Source of the DNA: Squalus acanthias
Lineage: Eukaryota
Direction of reading: 5' to 3'
NCBI GenBank assembly: GCA_030390025.1
Contig: CM059432.1
Location: 148,678,001 to 148,742,000 of the forward strand
DNA length: 64,000 nt
Shown: one piece after another, positions 62,390-64,000 of the stretch
Position numbering within the stretch: position 1 is the first letter of the stretch
How the letters are laid out: the number at the start of each line of letters is the position of its first letter
The notes under the pieces: generated by a model
Told to the model about the DNA's origin: nothing
What the model saw: only the letters and a program-made list of their open reading frames with translations
The model's database searches: none
Translations under genes and position numbers: made by a program

Positions 62390-63156
62390 GGCCCAGAAAT
62401 TCGGCTCCCTGGCTTCCCGCGGGTGCAAGGATCGCGCGCGGATCTACCTACCGCGCCTGCCGCTGACCTCTGGGCCCACGGGGACTTCAGCTCCTGGGCC
62501 TGCCCCAACTGCCGGCGTGCAGTGCTTGTGTATCCCAGGGGCGCAGTTAGTGCGATGCGTCCCCTGGGATCACGTGGGCCATGGAGAGCCAATGGCAGCA
62601 GACCATCTTTCATTCATAGATTTGACAGGAAGACCTGTCAAATCTATGAATTGAAATCGGCCCCAAAACAACACCTGAACTTCAAATAAATTTTTTAAAA
62701 AACCATCACATTTTTAAAATAACTGTTAAGTTAAATAAATTAACTACTTTAAACAAAAATTTAAATTTTTGAAAAAATTAAAATACTTTTTAACAGTGCT
62801 AAAAATAAACTTACCTTTCTTTAAAGTATCTAAAAAAGATAAACCTGTTGAAATTTTTTTTAAATTGTAATTAATTAACCACTTACCTTGTTGAAAACGG
62901 GTCTTGCGCCTCCTTTTTAAAAGCGCAGCTTCTTCAATACTTACCCTCCCGGAGAAACCTGAAAAAAACCCTAAGTTTGCTGCGTGCGCGCAGCCTCTCC
63001 CACGCACGCGATTCACCTCTGAACTCCTCCCTTCACGAGACCGGAAGTTCCGGTTTCCCGCGCATGCACAGTGCATGCAGGAAACCGGCACTTCAGGAGG
63101 CCTTACGGGTGAGTACACAGCACGAACTCACCCGGCAAGTGCCGAATTTTTGGCCC
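62390..63156 (-). mobile_element. Harbinger-type MITE, family A copy 3 (inverted)
   Basis: Reverse complement of 51932-52695. Confidence 0.85.
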
Positions 63157-63404
63157 CTTATCTTTACTGTGCCAAGATGAACAAACTAAATGGTGCTTCT
63201 AGTTCAGCCAATAAGGAGTCATCTGCATGCAGTCATTTTGCAGTAAAGTCAGGGAATGGCATGATGTAGTTGTAAAGAAGATGGCAATGGAACTTTTCTA
63301 CTTCAATTATATTTATTTTCTTCCCATCCTTCCTGCAGAGGCTCCTTTGACGTTTGCCAGTGCCTCAGTTCCCAAGTCCTCACTCTGACCCTTCTCCCTC
63401 CTCT

Positions 63405-63560
63405 CACAGTGATGACACAATCGCTCTTGCCCTCACTTTCCATCCCACTTCCATCCACACCCGGTGTATCATCTTCACCATTCCTGCCAGTGATCCAAGT
63501 ACCAAGCATGCCTTTTCATCCACAACATCTTCATTCACTCTTCCGTCAGCCCCACTACTA
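63405..63560 (+). mobile_element. Possible degraded Penelope-like linker fragment
   Basis: Reads LALTFHPTSIH, resembling the PLVLT(Y/F)HP motif of PLE ORFs; short and decayed. Confidence 0.3.
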
Positions 63561-64000
63561 GTTGCTCATTCCCATGCCGTCACATTTGTTCTCAATCTCT
63601 TACATTCTTGTATCGTGCCCCTCGTTCTTGACCCCTCAACCAGGGAGATGTGGGAAATGAGGCACTGGCAATCAACAGCAGAGTCTTTGCAGGAATGGTG
63701 GAAAGAAGAAAAGGATAAAAGCAGTACCGAGATGCCGGTGCTGCCTGGGCTCTCTGTGCCGGCGGCTGTTCTCCTTGGCCGCCAATGTTACCGGCAGGTT
63801 TCCAACATTCCCCAATTTCTAGGCCCAACACTTTTATCCAAAGGGCTAAAAAAAAATATTTTGCCACCAAAATTTGTAACCTCAAGGGAAAGAAATGTGT
63901 TGATTACATTACGACATGTTATTCTGATCCTGCCGTATCAAAAAACCCAGAAGAACTATAAAATTCACGGGGCTCTGAACCAGGTGTGGAATGTGGCCCG

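Overview
Vertebrate genomic DNA, most likely from a cartilaginous fish (shark): it carries an HE1-type V-SINE, SacSINE1/AmnSINE1-like Deu-SINEs and very dense CR1/L2 LINEs. The window lies inside one large minus-strand host gene, integrin alpha-9 (ITGA9). I located five consecutive, phase-compatible coding exons by eye (106, 95, 91, 46 and 155 bp, all with GT-AG borders), and most of the rest is nested transposon debris. The most interesting structure is a set of Penelope-like-element (PLE) termini from two sequence families. Each carries a minimal hammerhead-ribozyme motif whose stem III is a 6-nt palindrome (AAGCUU or AACGUU), and several are arranged as long inverted-repeat hairpins with a one-sided tail and a target-site duplication (TSD). 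One hairpin cassette sits at the same position inside two separately truncated RTE-LINE copies, which suggests a composite RTE+PLE-ribozyme element mobilised as a unit. Its GIY-YIG-encoding parent PLE is also in the window. Other content: a decayed PIF/Harbinger transposase with many related MITEs, a hAT MITE, twin solo LTRs, a 27-bp minisatellite split by a young CR1, and locally templated insertions. Family assignments come from recognition of sequence and motifs; no database searches were run.
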